From Capsulimonadaceae bacterium (GTDB taxonomy: Bacteria > Armatimonadota > Armatimonadia > Armatimonadales > Capsulimonadaceae), in contig OZ244065.1 in assembly GCA_965215505.1 (NCBI GenBank), positions 544,001 to 608,000 of the forward strand: 64,000 bases of DNA. The letters are read 5' to 3'. Under the pieces are notes generated by a model. That model saw only the letters and a list, made by a program, of their open reading frames with translations. It ran no database searches and was not told where the DNA came from. Shown here in pieces: positions 19,503 through 28,927 of this stretch. A program made the position numbers and the translations under genes. Each line of letters begins with the position of its first letter. The stretch's first letter is position 1.

Positions 19503-20585
19503 TTAGTCGAAGGTGACGGGATGGCCGGTCTTGGCCGACTCGTAGACCGCTTCCAGGATTTCCGAAACCACAAGGGCCTGCTCGGGCAGGACGACCGGGT
19601 CGGTGTCGTTGCGGACGGCGTTGATCCAGGACCGGGCTTCCTCCAGGGCGAGGTCGGTCCCCTTGCCCTCGAAGAACGCGACGCCACCGCCGGCGGTCTG
19701 GATCTCCTGGACGTACAGGGTGCTGTTCTTCTCGCCGTTGATCTTCAGTCCGTGCTTCATGTCCGCGCCGGCCTTGGTGCCGGCCAGGGTGCAGTTGGCC
19801 TCGGTGGCGTCCAGCAGGTTGATGGCCCAGGCGGCTTCCAGGATGATGGTCGCGCCGTTCTTCATGGTGATGAAGCCGAAGGCCGAGTCTTCCACGGTGA
19901 ACTTCGAGGGGTCCCACGGTCCCCAGGCGTTCGCCGCGTTCTCGTTATCGCCGAGCTTGCGGTAGACATTGCCGACCACCGACTTCGGCTCGTAGTTGTC
20001 CATCATCCACAGGGCAAGGTCGAGGGCGTGGGTGCCGATGTCGATCAGCGGCCCGCCGCCCTGCTTCTCGGCGTCCAGAAAGACGCCCCAGGTCGGCACG
20101 GCGCGGCGGCGGAGGGCGTTGGCGCGGGCGAAGTAGATCTCGCCCAGGTCTCCCGCCGCACAGACCTTTTTGAGATACTGGCTCTCGGCGGACTGGCGGG
20201 TCTGGTAGCCGATGGAGAGCTTCTTGCCGGTCCGCTTGGCGGCCTCCAGCATCCGGCGAGCGTCGGCGGCCTTCTTCGCCATCGGCTTCTCGCACATGAC
20301 GTGCTTGCCGGCCTCCAGGGCCGCGATTGTGATCTCCGCGTGTGAGTCGTTCGGCGTCAGGACGTGGATCACGTCAATGGCGGGGTCTTCCAGCAGCTCG
20401 CGGTAGTCCGAATAGACTTTGGCGTCGGGCGTGCCGTACCGCTTGGCGGCGGCCTGCGCCTTGGCCTCCTCGATGTCGCAGAACGCGGTCATCTCGACGC
20501 CTTCGAGCTTCGCCAGGGCGGGCATGTGTTTGCCGCCCGCGATGCCGCCGGTGCCGATGATGCCGACGAGAATGGTTTCTTTCAT
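19503..20585 (-). CDS. Gfo/Idh/MocA-family oxidoreductase
   Basis: VGIIGTGGIA, HVMCEKP, GGGPLIDIGTHALD. Confidence 0.93.
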   Translation of the reverse strand: MKETILVGIIGTGGIAGGKHMPALAKLEGVEMTAFCDIEEAKAQAAAKRYGTPDAKVYSDYRELLEDPAIDVIHVLTPNDSHAEITIAALEAGKHVMCEKPMAKKAADARRMLEAAKRTGKKLSIGYQTRQSAESQYLKKVCAAGDLGEIYFARANALRRRAVPTWGVFLDAEKQGGGPLIDIGTHALDLALWMMDNYEPKSVVGNVYRKLGDNENAANAWGPWDPSKFTVEDSAFGFITMKNGATIILEAAWAINLLDATEANCTLAGTKAGADMKHGLKINGEKNSTLYVQEIQTAGGGVAFFEGKGTDLALEEARSWINAVRNDTDPVVLPEQALVVSEILEAVYESAKTGHPVTFD

Positions 20586-20719
20586 AGAACGGGGTAGCCT
20601 CCAGAAAATGGTTCTGGGCGCTTAATTCCCGCCGGGCGGCGGAATGTCCTGCCTGCGGCGTGAAAAAGTCTGCCCCGGCGCTGTTTATGTGCTAGGATTC
20701 ATTGGTGGAGATTGGAGCC

Positions 20720-21050
20720 ATGATGAAGAAAGCAATCCTGTTTGCCGCGACCGCCCTCCTGTCGGCCTCCCCGGTGTGGGCGCAGTCAGTGTCCAGACCG
20801 GCGCGCGGCAGACGTTCAACGGCATAGGCGCGAGCTTGTTCCGTCTTGTTCCGTTACACGCCCACCGCCGATAACAACGCGGCGCGGGAGGAAAGGGCCA
20901 GGAGGGTGGGAGAAAAGGATTACTGGATCACGGAGGCGGGCGGCAACACGGACACGGACGAGGGGGCGAACGACGGGCTTCAAGCGGCGAGCGTCACCGT
21001 GCGCTTCCTGAACGACGTCATCCGCCGGGCTTTCCCTGCGCCTGACAGGC
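20720..21050 (+). pseudogene. Frameshifted, internally deleted secreted GH30-like hydrolase remnant
   Basis: SD plus signal peptide MMKKAILF...VWAQ, then RQTFNGIGAS and KDYWITE...RFLNDV in other frames. Confidence 0.55.
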
Positions 21051-21051
21051 T

Positions 21052-21771
21052 TCAAGGCTTCTTCTGGAAAAGCACTTCGATCGGAGACAACTGGCCTTCT
21101 TCGACCTGGCCGGAGGGGTTCTGGGCGTTCTGCTGCATCAGGACGAGGTTCTGCACCATCGTCTCTTCCATCTGCTGGTATCGCTCGATCTCGGCTTCGT
21201 AGTGCCTGAGCATCTCCTCGTCGCGCTGGAGACGCCGGTCCAGCGTCTGCATATAGGTTTCGAGTTGTGAGAGGGCCTCCCAGACCTGGGCCGGGTCGTA
21301 CCCACCGGCGCTGACGGCGGTGAAGCGGAGCGTTCGGATGTACCTCTTGACGCTCTCCATCGACTCCCCGAGAATGCTCCCCGTGACCGGCTCATCTTCG
21401 GGGGTGTCGTCGAGCCGCTGGAGCAGCATCCGCGCGGCGACATGACCGGGCGCGTAGTTGAGCAGGAACAGCAGCGCCTCCCGCGCCGCGCCGCGCCGCC
21501 GGGCCGCAAGATAGGCGTGGGCCAGGTTCAGCGTCAGCTCGGTCGGAGGAACCGTGGTGGGGGAAAGGCGGAAGCCGGTTTCAAACGCCTTCACGGCCTC
21601 CTGCGGGCGGCCGAGGTTATAGAGCGCAACGCCCAGGTACACGCACGTCTCGAAGCGGACGGCCAGCGACACCGTCTGTTCCCGGTCCGACGCCGCCGCG
21701 CCGAGTCGGTCCGCCGCTTCGTGCATCCGTCCTTCCCGGAAGGCCTGCAATCCCATCCGCCATTCAGTCAT
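21052..21771 (-). CDS. TPR-repeat protein with C-terminal DivIVA-like domain
   Basis: TPR helices (YLGVALYNLGRPQEAVKAF); IRTLRF...GGYDPAQV followed by a coiled coil. Confidence 0.75.
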   Translation of the reverse strand: MTEWRMGLQAFREGRMHEAADRLGAAASDREQTVSLAVRFETCVYLGVALYNLGRPQEAVKAFETGFRLSPTTVPPTELTLNLAHAYLAARRRGAAREALLFLLNYAPGHVAARMLLQRLDDTPEDEPVTGSILGESMESVKRYIRTLRFTAVSAGGYDPAQVWEALSQLETYMQTLDRRLQRDEEMLRHYEAEIERYQQMEETMVQNLVLMQQNAQNPSGQVEEGQLSPIEVLFQKKP

Positions 21772-21810
21772 GCGTTTTGGTCATTCTCTGGTCGTTCTTC
21801 TTGCCCGGCG

Positions 21811-23256
21811 TCATTCTGCACGAGTCTCGGACAGCGGGGGACTTGCCAGGCGTCGCGTCGTCGCCTTGATGCGTTTGACCCGTGACGGGTTTGCGGCATC
21901 GCCCAAGCCGGCGATCTGGCCTTCCATCTCTCCGGCGAGCTGGTCCTCACCGAGTTTGTGGAGCTGCCTCGTGGCGGCCCCCAGCTTTTCGCGGGCGGTT
22001 TCCAGGTCGCCTCGCTCCTGGGCGCGCTGCGCTTCCCGCTCGAATTTGTAGACGGCGTAGCGGTCCACGAGGTCCATGACCTCGGGGGCGGTCTGGCTCA
22101 GGCGCGTCGGGTCATCCGTGAAAAGCGCGCTGATCAGGGACCCGGCATTTCCGGCGTTCCCGGCGGGCGGGCCGTTCGGGTCGGTCCAGGTCAGCCGAGT
22201 CTCGATGATCGCGTGTTCGCCTGCGGGCAGGATCGGCGGGGCCACCTGGACGATGATTCCGGCGGGGGCCGAGGTGGACACGTCGCCGACGTGGGCGCGC
22301 ATCCAGCCGTCCTCGGTGTGGATCTCGTCGAACATCGTCATGGCGGGCCGGACCAGGAAGATGTCCTGGACGACGGCCCCTTCCAGGCCGCGCACGGCGA
22401 TGTAGAGGTCCGTGACCGTGGTGGTCTGGAGGGTAGTCATCTCCTGCGTGAGACGCTGCGTGATCTCGGCGCTGTCGGCGGCGTAGTAGTATTCGCCGCG
22501 CGAGTTGTCGGCCACGCGGGTCAGGAACTCCTCGTCGAACTCCTCGCCCAGCCCGATGGTCGTGATCGCGTAGCCGTGCGCCTGGATCTCGCCGATCGCC
22601 TGGAGCGTGGCGTCGGCGTCCTGCACGATCCCGTCCGAGAGGACGATCAGGCGGTTGACGCCGTGCGAAAGGACGTTCTGGCTGAGGGAGGCGGACGCCT
22701 GACGCAGCGCCTCGGCCATGTGCGTCCCGGTCCCGATGTCCACGGGCAGGCGACGGTCCCGCAGCAGGTCCATCTGGGCCAGGCAGCCGTCGGGGAAGTT
22801 GGCCCAGTCCTGCTGGTTGAAGACGCTGTGGACGCGGTCGGCGAAGGCGATGACGCTGGCCTGGTCCCCCGGCCGCAGGGACGCCAGGAGGTCCTTGATC
22901 GCCTCGGTCGCCAGGGCCATCGGCGCCCGCGCGACGCTCTGCATTTCGGAGAGCGTCTGGCCGGTCCAGTAGGTGGCGTCCGACTCGTCCGCTTCGCCCC
23001 GCTCCAGCTCGTCGCGCGAAATGGCGACACCCATCCAATACTCGCGCTCCTCATCCGACAGGTGGAAATGGTGCATGGTCGCCGAGGAGTCAACGACCAG
23101 GACCAGGTTCAAGGGTGGCCGGGTGCCGGTCGCCCGGACCGGGTCCGGCTCGATCTCCACCAGGGCGTGGAGGGGCGTTTCTAGGTAGCGGCTGGCCGGG
23201 ACAGAGGGGTAGTCGAGCGCGGTGCGTATTTTGAGGCTGCCGTTCAAGGGGGCCAT
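21811..23256 (-). CDS. von Willebrand factor A domain protein
   Basis: PLNLVLVVDSSATM MIDAS-like motif, GTHM, LIVLSDG, TTIGLG. Confidence 0.88.
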   Translation of the reverse strand: MAPLNGSLKIRTALDYPSVPASRYLETPLHALVEIEPDPVRATGTRPPLNLVLVVDSSATMHHFHLSDEEREYWMGVAISRDELERGEADESDATYWTGQTLSEMQSVARAPMALATEAIKDLLASLRPGDQASVIAFADRVHSVFNQQDWANFPDGCLAQMDLLRDRRLPVDIGTGTHMAEALRQASASLSQNVLSHGVNRLIVLSDGIVQDADATLQAIGEIQAHGYAITTIGLGEEFDEEFLTRVADNSRGEYYYAADSAEITQRLTQEMTTLQTTTVTDLYIAVRGLEGAVVQDIFLVRPAMTMFDEIHTEDGWMRAHVGDVSTSAPAGIIVQVAPPILPAGEHAIIETRLTWTDPNGPPAGNAGNAGSLISALFTDDPTRLSQTAPEVMDLVDRYAVYKFEREAQRAQERGDLETAREKLGAATRQLHKLGEDQLAGEMEGQIAGLGDAANPSRVKRIKATTRRLASPPLSETRAE

Positions 23257-23387
23257 CTCCTTCGGGTGTAAAGGTGTGTATTTCGATGCCGATAGTAGCC
23301 CCAGAGGGATGGGCTAGATGTTTGTTCGGCATCAAGCCCAGGATTCCTCCTTTCCTCTGAACTCCTCCTGAGAAAAACTTGCGGCCA

Positions 23388-23416
23388 TTGACTTGTCCTG
23401 GGAGGAGTGCTATAAT
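23388..23416 (+). promoter_or_regulatory. Sigma70-type promoter of purH
   Basis: TTGACT-17 nt-TATAAT with TG extension. Confidence 0.8.
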
Positions 23417-23431
23417 GAGCATGACCGAGAG

Positions 23432-23504
23432 GAATCAACGTGACTGGCGTTCACAGGGAGTCACCCTGAGGGAGCGTTGATTCGGAACAGCCGTCCGCCT
23501 GGGC
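23432..23504 (+). ncRNA. ZMP/ZTP (pfl) riboswitch aptamer
   Basis: P1 GAATCAACG/CGTTGATTC, conserved GTGACTGGCG and GCCGTCCGCCTGGGC; upstream of purH. Confidence 0.9.
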
Positions 23505-23544
23505 ATCCTGACACGTTCGACGTGCCGGGTGTCCCGGCTTTTTT
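23497..23544 (+). terminator. Riboswitch-controlled intrinsic terminator
   Basis: GGGCATCCTGACACG/CGTGCCGGGTGTCCC stem overlapping the aptamer 3' end, followed by T6. Confidence 0.75.
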
Positions 23545-23592
23545 GTTGCCGGTTTTCTGCGGCAGCATTTTGGAAGGAAAGGAACGGTAGCA

Positions 23593-25176
23593 ATGACTCG
23601 TGTGAAGCGCGCCCTGATCAGTGTTTCGGACAAGGCGGGGCTGGTGGAGTTCGCCCAGGGCCTCGCCGACCTGGGCATAGAGTTGGTTTCGACCGGGGGG
23701 ACGGCGAAGAGTCTGGCCGAGGCGGGGCTGACCATCCTGAACGTCTCCGACATCACCCACTTCCCGGAGATGTTGGACGGCCGTGTCAAGACGCTGCACC
23801 CCGCCGTACACGGCGCGCTGCTGGCCGTCCGTGACAAGCCGGAACACATGGAGACGATCGCCAACCATGACATCACGCCGATTGACCTCGTCGTGGTGAA
23901 CCTCTACCCCTTCGCCGAGACCATCGCGAAACCCGGCGTGACGCGCGAGGAGGCGGTTGAGAACATCGACATCGGCGGGCCGTCCATGATCCGGTCCGCC
24001 GCCAAGAACCACGCGGCTGTCGCCGTGGTCGTCTCGCCCTCGGACTACCCCGCCGTGCTGGCCGAGCTTCAGAAGAACGACGGGGCGCTCTCCCAGGAGA
24101 CTCGGACCCGACTTGCCGTACAGGCTTACGCCCACACGGCCGCCTATGACGCGACGATCACGAATTATCTGGCCGCGCGTCTGCCGCAGGAGGAAGGGCA
24201 GGGGTTCCCGGATCTGCTCACCCTCGCCTTCACGAAGGTGCAGGACCTGCGCTACGGCGAGAACCCCCACCAGCGCGCCGCGTTCTACCGCGAGCCGGCT
24301 GCGACGGGCGGCGTCGCGGCGGCGACCAAGCTGAACGGCAAGGAGCTATCCTTCAACAACCTCTATGATCTGAACGCCGCCTACAATCTCGTGCTGGAGT
24401 TCGCGGGGGCGTCCACACCGGCGGCGGCCATCATCAAGCACACGAACCCCTGCGGCGCGGCCGTGGCGGGGACACTGGCGGAGGCGTTCCGCAAAGCGCG
24501 TGAGGGCGACCCCATTTCCGCTTTCGGCGGAATTCTGGCCGTCAATCAGACGGTTGACACCGAGACCGCTAACCTGATCACAGGGAAGAACACGTTCTTC
24601 GAGGCGATCATCGCGCCCGGCTACGATTCTGAAGCGGTTGGTGTCCTGACGACCAAGAAGCAGTGGGGCGCGAACCTCATCCTGCTGCAAGCCGTCGGCA
24701 TGGCCGCTGCTTCGGGTGAGGAGTACGATTACAAGCGCATCAGCGGCGGCCTGCTGGTGCAGACTCAGGATGCGGCAACCCTGATGCCGACCGAGATGCA
24801 GTCGGCGTCGGAGCGGGAGCCGACGTCCGAGGAGATGTCGGACCTGCTGTTCGCCTGGAAGCTGGTCAAGCACGTCAAGTCTAATGCCATCGTGCTGGTC
24901 AAGGACAAACAACTTGTCGGGGTGGGGGCCGGACAGATGAACCGCGTCCAGAGTGTGCGTCTGGCGGTGGCGCAGGCGGGCGAGAAGGCGCAAGGCGCGG
25001 TTCTGGCCTCGGATGCCTTCTTCCCGTTCCCGGATGGGCCGGAGGCCGCCTTGCAGGCGGGCGTCACGGCCATCATCCAGCCCGGTGGCTCCAAGAAGGA
25101 TGACGAGTCCATCGCCATTGCCGACCAGTATGGCGCGGCGATGGTGCTGACCGGGCGGCGGCACTTCCGGCATTAG
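23593..25176 (+). CDS. purH: Bifunctional AICAR transformylase/IMP cyclohydrolase
   Basis: ALISVSDK, GRVKTLHP, LRYGENPHQ, KHTNPCG, SDAFFPF, RHFRH. Confidence 0.99.
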   Translation: MTRVKRALISVSDKAGLVEFAQGLADLGIELVSTGGTAKSLAEAGLTILNVSDITHFPEMLDGRVKTLHPAVHGALLAVRDKPEHMETIANHDITPIDLVVVNLYPFAETIAKPGVTREEAVENIDIGGPSMIRSAAKNHAAVAVVVSPSDYPAVLAELQKNDGALSQETRTRLAVQAYAHTAAYDATITNYLAARLPQEEGQGFPDLLTLAFTKVQDLRYGENPHQRAAFYREPAATGGVAAATKLNGKELSFNNLYDLNAAYNLVLEFAGASTPAAAIIKHTNPCGAAVAGTLAEAFRKAREGDPISAFGGILAVNQTVDTETANLITGKNTFFEAIIAPGYDSEAVGVLTTKKQWGANLILLQAVGMAAASGEEYDYKRISGGLLVQTQDAATLMPTEMQSASEREPTSEEMSDLLFAWKLVKHVKSNAIVLVKDKQLVGVGAGQMNRVQSVRLAVAQAGEKAQGAVLASDAFFPFPDGPEAALQAGVTAIIQPGGSKKDDESIAIADQYGAAMVLTGRRHFRH

Positions 25177-25185
25177 TTCAGGAGC

Positions 25186-25216
25186 AGAGGCACCACACTT
25201 CGTGGTGCCTCTATTT
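25186..25216 (+). terminator. Probable terminator hairpin after purH
   Basis: AGAGGCACCAC-ACTTC-GTGGTGCCTCT followed by a T-rich run. Confidence 0.65.
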
Positions 25217-25346
25217 GTTGCATTTAGCTTGTAAGCTTTAATTTTTTAGTTAAGATATATTACAGTTATGCGAAAGCGTCTGAGGAAGTATACATAAGAT
25301 CGAACCAGATCAACTAGATCAACAGGATTTGGAGGAGTCGGATTAG

Positions 25347-25850
25347 ATGTCAAACGCTGCCGCTATAGCCCTCGTGGACAAAGCAGTTTCCGCCCTTGAC
25401 CAGCGGATGGATGCAGAGCGCTTCGGCCCGATCTACAAAACGGGTGGGTTACGGAACTTTACGCAGCCTGAAAAAACCGTTCTGCTAGCTTATTGGGCGA
25501 TGGGGATCATCCAAAATGGTGGTTTCCAGTTCTTTTACGAGGGAGCAACCAACATGGATGAGGTGGCAGATGCTTATGAACGTCTCGGCTACCATGAGGC
25601 GGCTGAAGCTTGCCGTAAATCGTCATCTATTTTTCCATATGGAGTCCCTCCAGAGGAAGCACACCAACGGCTCCAGGCGTTGCCATCCTATCAGGGGCAC
25701 AGTAACGACTTCCTACGGTCTCTGAATGAGGTCGTCTGCAACGCTGGGGACGCTGACTGGAACGCTGGGGACGCTGATTTTGAGGGCACAGTAGCAGGCT
25801 ACATCCGGACGCACACATCCCACTTTGGGGCCATAATGCCTTCTCCCTAG
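25347..25850 (+). CDS. DUF4375/DMP19-like protein
   Basis: IQNGGFQFFY motif, acidic helical protein, SD GGAGG, lower GC. Confidence 0.7.
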   Translation: MSNAAAIALVDKAVSALDQRMDAERFGPIYKTGGLRNFTQPEKTVLLAYWAMGIIQNGGFQFFYEGATNMDEVADAYERLGYHEAAEACRKSSSIFPYGVPPEEAHQRLQALPSYQGHSNDFLRSLNEVVCNAGDADWNAGDADFEGTVAGYIRTHTSHFGAIMPSP

Positions 25851-25978
25851 GCGGACAAATGCACGAAAGCTGCTTAATAAACATTATCGGAACCAAAATT
25901 AAGCGAACAAAGAGGCCGCTGATGGCCTTCAAACCGTCAGCGACCCCTAAAAGATCGTCGCGTCCGTCCCCGCCGTCG

Positions 25979-26320
25979 CTACGCCTGTTTGTCAGGGGCT
26001 TGTCGGTCCGGCAGCCGCTGGACGTCGGCTTCCAGTTGCTGCATCCGGTTCTGACAGGACTTCAGGATGTCATTCACATCAATCAGCGCCTGACGCGCAG
26101 CTTGATGGCGGGAGAGCCAGATGGCGTAGCTTCCGGTGGCGACCGCGGCTGTGGTACAGGCGATGCTGACGGCCATGAATACCAGCATCGTGACCCGCGT
26201 ATTGCCCGCGTCAGCCAGGACGAGCGGCAGGTCGTCGTCGAAGGCAAGTGGGTAATCCACCGCAGCATCGTCCACAGCATCTTGTCCCGGAACGCGGCGG
26301 CCATTGCTACCGATAAGCAC
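25979..26320 (-). CDS. Hypothetical single-TM protein with coiled coil (start uncertain)
   Basis: Hydrophobic stretch followed by heptads; last gene of the minus-strand run. Confidence 0.55.
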   Translation of the reverse strand: MLIGSNGRRVPGQDAVDDAAVDYPLAFDDDLPLVLADAGNTRVTMLVFMAVSIACTTAAVATGSYAIWLSRHQAARQALIDVNDILKSCQNRMQQLEADVQRLPDRQAPDKQA

Positions 26321-26333
26321 CAGCTTGTTTAAC

Positions 26334-26738
26334 TTAGAGATTGTACCGTTTCTCATCGGCGATCCCATCTTCCATAGAAAAGATCCGCTTCACGAAGGCG
26401 ATCAACTCCATTGGGTTGAACGGCTTCGTGAGGTAACACTCGACCCCAGACTGCCAGCCGCGCAGGACGTCGGAGTCCTGTGCCCGTGCCGTCAGCATGA
26501 TCACGGGGATGCTCTCGGTGTCCGGGTTCTTCTTCAAAGCTTCCAGCACCTCGAAGCCGGTCATCTCCGGCATCATCACGTCTAGGACGATCAGGTCGGG
26601 CCGATCCTCCTGCACCTTTTCCAGACACTCCGCCCCATTGTAGGCGGTGATCACTTCGTAGCCCTGCCGCTCCAGGTTGACCTGAATCAAGCGGACGATG
26701 TGCTTCTCGTCATCACAAGTCAGAATTTTGCGTGCCAT
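26334..26738 (-). CDS. Single-domain response regulator receiver
   Basis: ILTCDDE, LDVMMP, MLTA, YLTKPF. Confidence 0.93.
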   Translation of the reverse strand: MARKILTCDDEKHIVRLIQVNLERQGYEVITAYNGAECLEKVQEDRPDLIVLDVMMPEMTGFEVLEALKKNPDTESIPVIMLTARAQDSDVLRGWQSGVECYLTKPFNPMELIAFVKRIFSMEDGIADEKRYNL

Positions 26739-26774
26739 TGCCGGCTTCCCTCGCTCTCTTCAGTCATCAGTATA

Positions 26775-27425
26775 TCACACTGCACAAATCGTGTCAATGA
26801 ACAGCCATTCCTCGACGCACAATGCCTCGCCCAAGCCTCGCCGCAGGGCGGTCGCGAAGGCGGCCCTCTCGGGCAGTAGCGCGAGCGGCAAAGACATCTG
26901 CTGCAAGAGCGCGGTCCCCTCCCGCCTCTGGGCGCTGCCCACCAGCTTCCGCCCGCTGACGGCGTCCACCAGGTCGCAACCGGCGACCACGTCAAAGCAG
27001 TGAATACTGCCCCCCACACCGCACGCATACTCCGTGCCGAAGCGCGTCTGATGCCCTGCCTGGCCGAGCGCGGCCACAAGACCGCCCATCAGAAGATGAT
27101 AGGAAGAGAGTACGGTCCTGCCGGAGTCGCCCGGCAGCCAGTCCGTCCGCAGAGCGACCGAAACCGTCAGGTCCTCCCCGTGCAGCACGGCCCGCCCCCC
27201 CGTAGGACGGCGGACGCAGGGTAGATCGGGATACAGCCGCCGCACCGGTTCCTCCGACTGTAGCCGGCCAATGCTGACCGAGCGCCGGTCCCACTCATAG
27301 AGGCGGACGACCGGGCATTCCAGCCTGCCGTTGCGGACGCCCGCCAGCAGGGCGGCGTCCGCGTCCATGTTGTGCCACGGACTGCCTGCGGCGACCTCCT
27401 CCTGCCAATGCGCCTGACGTATCAT
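26775..27425 (-). CDS. Lipoate-protein ligase/octanoyltransferase family (LplA/LipM-like)
   Basis: NMDAD, RRPTGGRAVLH, KLVGSAQ; adjacent to gcv genes. Confidence 0.88.
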   Translation of the reverse strand: MIRQAHWQEEVAAGSPWHNMDADAALLAGVRNGRLECPVVRLYEWDRRSVSIGRLQSEEPVRRLYPDLPCVRRPTGGRAVLHGEDLTVSVALRTDWLPGDSGRTVLSSYHLLMGGLVAALGQAGHQTRFGTEYACGVGGSIHCFDVVAGCDLVDAVSGRKLVGSAQRREGTALLQQMSLPLALLPERAAFATALRRGLGEALCVEEWLFIDTICAV

Positions 27426-28912
27426 GCGAGCTGGACTTCCGGCTGAACTTCGGACTGGCCGGACCAGCAGAGGCAGGGCTGCCGTGTCGCCGTGGCCTCG
27501 TCGAGTTTGCGGACCGGCGTGTCATGCGGCGCAGTCTTGACGATCTCCGGGTTTTCCTCGATGTCACGCGCGATCTGGCGCATGGCGTCAATGAACTTGT
27601 CCAGGGTTTCCTTGCTCTCGGTCTCGGTCGGCTCGATCATCAAAGCCTCGGGGACGATGAGCGGGAAGTAGATCGTGGGCGGGTGGTAGCCGAAGTCCAT
27701 CAGCCGCTTGGCGATGTCCAAAGCCTTGATGCCGTGTTCGCGCTGCTGCCGCCGGGCGGTGAAGACGCACTCGTGCATACATATTTCATTATAGGCTACG
27801 TCGAAGAAATCCTGTAGCCTGACCCGGATATAGTTCGCGTTCAGGACGGCGTTCTCGGCGATCTGCGCCAGCCGCTCGCGCCCGTAGTACATGATGTAGG
27901 CGTAGGACCGGAGGATGCAGAGGAAGGAACCGTAGTAGCCGTGGATCTTGCCGATGGACTTGGGTCGATCGTTGTCCATGCGATAGCCGTCAGCGGTCTT
28001 GATGACCTGGGGGGTGGGAAGGTACGGCTCCAGAATGCTCTTGATGCCGACCGGGCCGGAGCCGGGTCCCCCACCCCCGTGCGGCGAGGAGAAGGTCTTG
28101 TGCAGGTTGAAGTGCATTACGTCGAAGCCCATGTCGCCGGGCCGCGCCCGCCCGACGAGGGCGTTCATGTTCGCGCCGTCGCAGTAGACTAGGCCGCCCG
28201 CCTTGTGGATCAAGTCGCAGATCTCGGCGATGTCGTCTTCAAACAGCCCCAGCGTGTTCGGGTTAGTCAGCATCAGGCCGGCGACGTTGTCGGCGAGCAG
28301 CGTCTTGAGGTGTTCGATGTCCACGCGGCCCCGCGCGTCCGACTTGACGGTCAATGTCTTGTAGCCGCAGCGCGCCGCCGAGGCGGGGTTGGTCCCGTGC
28401 GCGGCTTCCGGGCACAGGATGGTGTCCCGGTGGCCCTGCCCGTGATCGTCATGGTAGGCCTTGATCAGCATCAGCCCCAGCAGCTCGCCGTGCGCGCCGG
28501 CCGCAGGCTGGAGGCTGACGGTGTCCATGCCGCCGATCTCGGCGATAATCCCCTGCATCTCGTGGAGGACTTCCAGGACCCCCTGGACCGATGTGTCCGG
28601 CAGGTAGGGGTGGACACGGGCAAAGCCGGGCAGGCGCGCGATCTCCTCATTGATCTTGGGGTTGTACTTCATCGTGCAGGAGCCGAGCGGATAGAAGCCC
28701 GAATCCACGGAATAGTTGCGCTGCGAGAGGTGCGTGAAGTGGCGGATCACTTCCGGCTCGGACAGCTCCGGCAGCGGCAGGTCACGGCGCAGGTCGCGCG
28801 GCGAAATCATGCTGTCCAGCGGCTGCACGGGGACGTCGCAGGTCGGGAGTTCCACGGCCAGTCGGCCGGGCCGGCTGATCTCGAACAGAAGAGGCTCGAA
28901 GTCGGTGGTCAT
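27422..28912 (-). CDS. gcvPB: Glycine dehydrogenase subunit 2
   Basis: YPLGSCTMKYNP, QPAAGAHGE, NLHKTFSSPHGGGGPG. Confidence 0.97.
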   Translation of the reverse strand: MTTDFEPLLFEISRPGRLAVELPTCDVPVQPLDSMISPRDLRRDLPLPELSEPEVIRHFTHLSQRNYSVDSGFYPLGSCTMKYNPKINEEIARLPGFARVHPYLPDTSVQGVLEVLHEMQGIIAEIGGMDTVSLQPAAGAHGELLGLMLIKAYHDDHGQGHRDTILCPEAAHGTNPASAARCGYKTLTVKSDARGRVDIEHLKTLLADNVAGLMLTNPNTLGLFEDDIAEICDLIHKAGGLVYCDGANMNALVGRARPGDMGFDVMHFNLHKTFSSPHGGGGPGSGPVGIKSILEPYLPTPQVIKTADGYRMDNDRPKSIGKIHGYYGSFLCILRSYAYIMYYGRERLAQIAENAVLNANYIRVRLQDFFDVAYNEICMHECVFTARRQQREHGIKALDIAKRLMDFGYHPPTIYFPLIVPEALMIEPTETESKETLDKFIDAMRQIARDIEENPEIVKTAPHDTPVRKLDEATATRQPCLCWSGQSEVQPEVQLA

Positions 28913-28927
28913 CAGGAGTGTTCCGTT

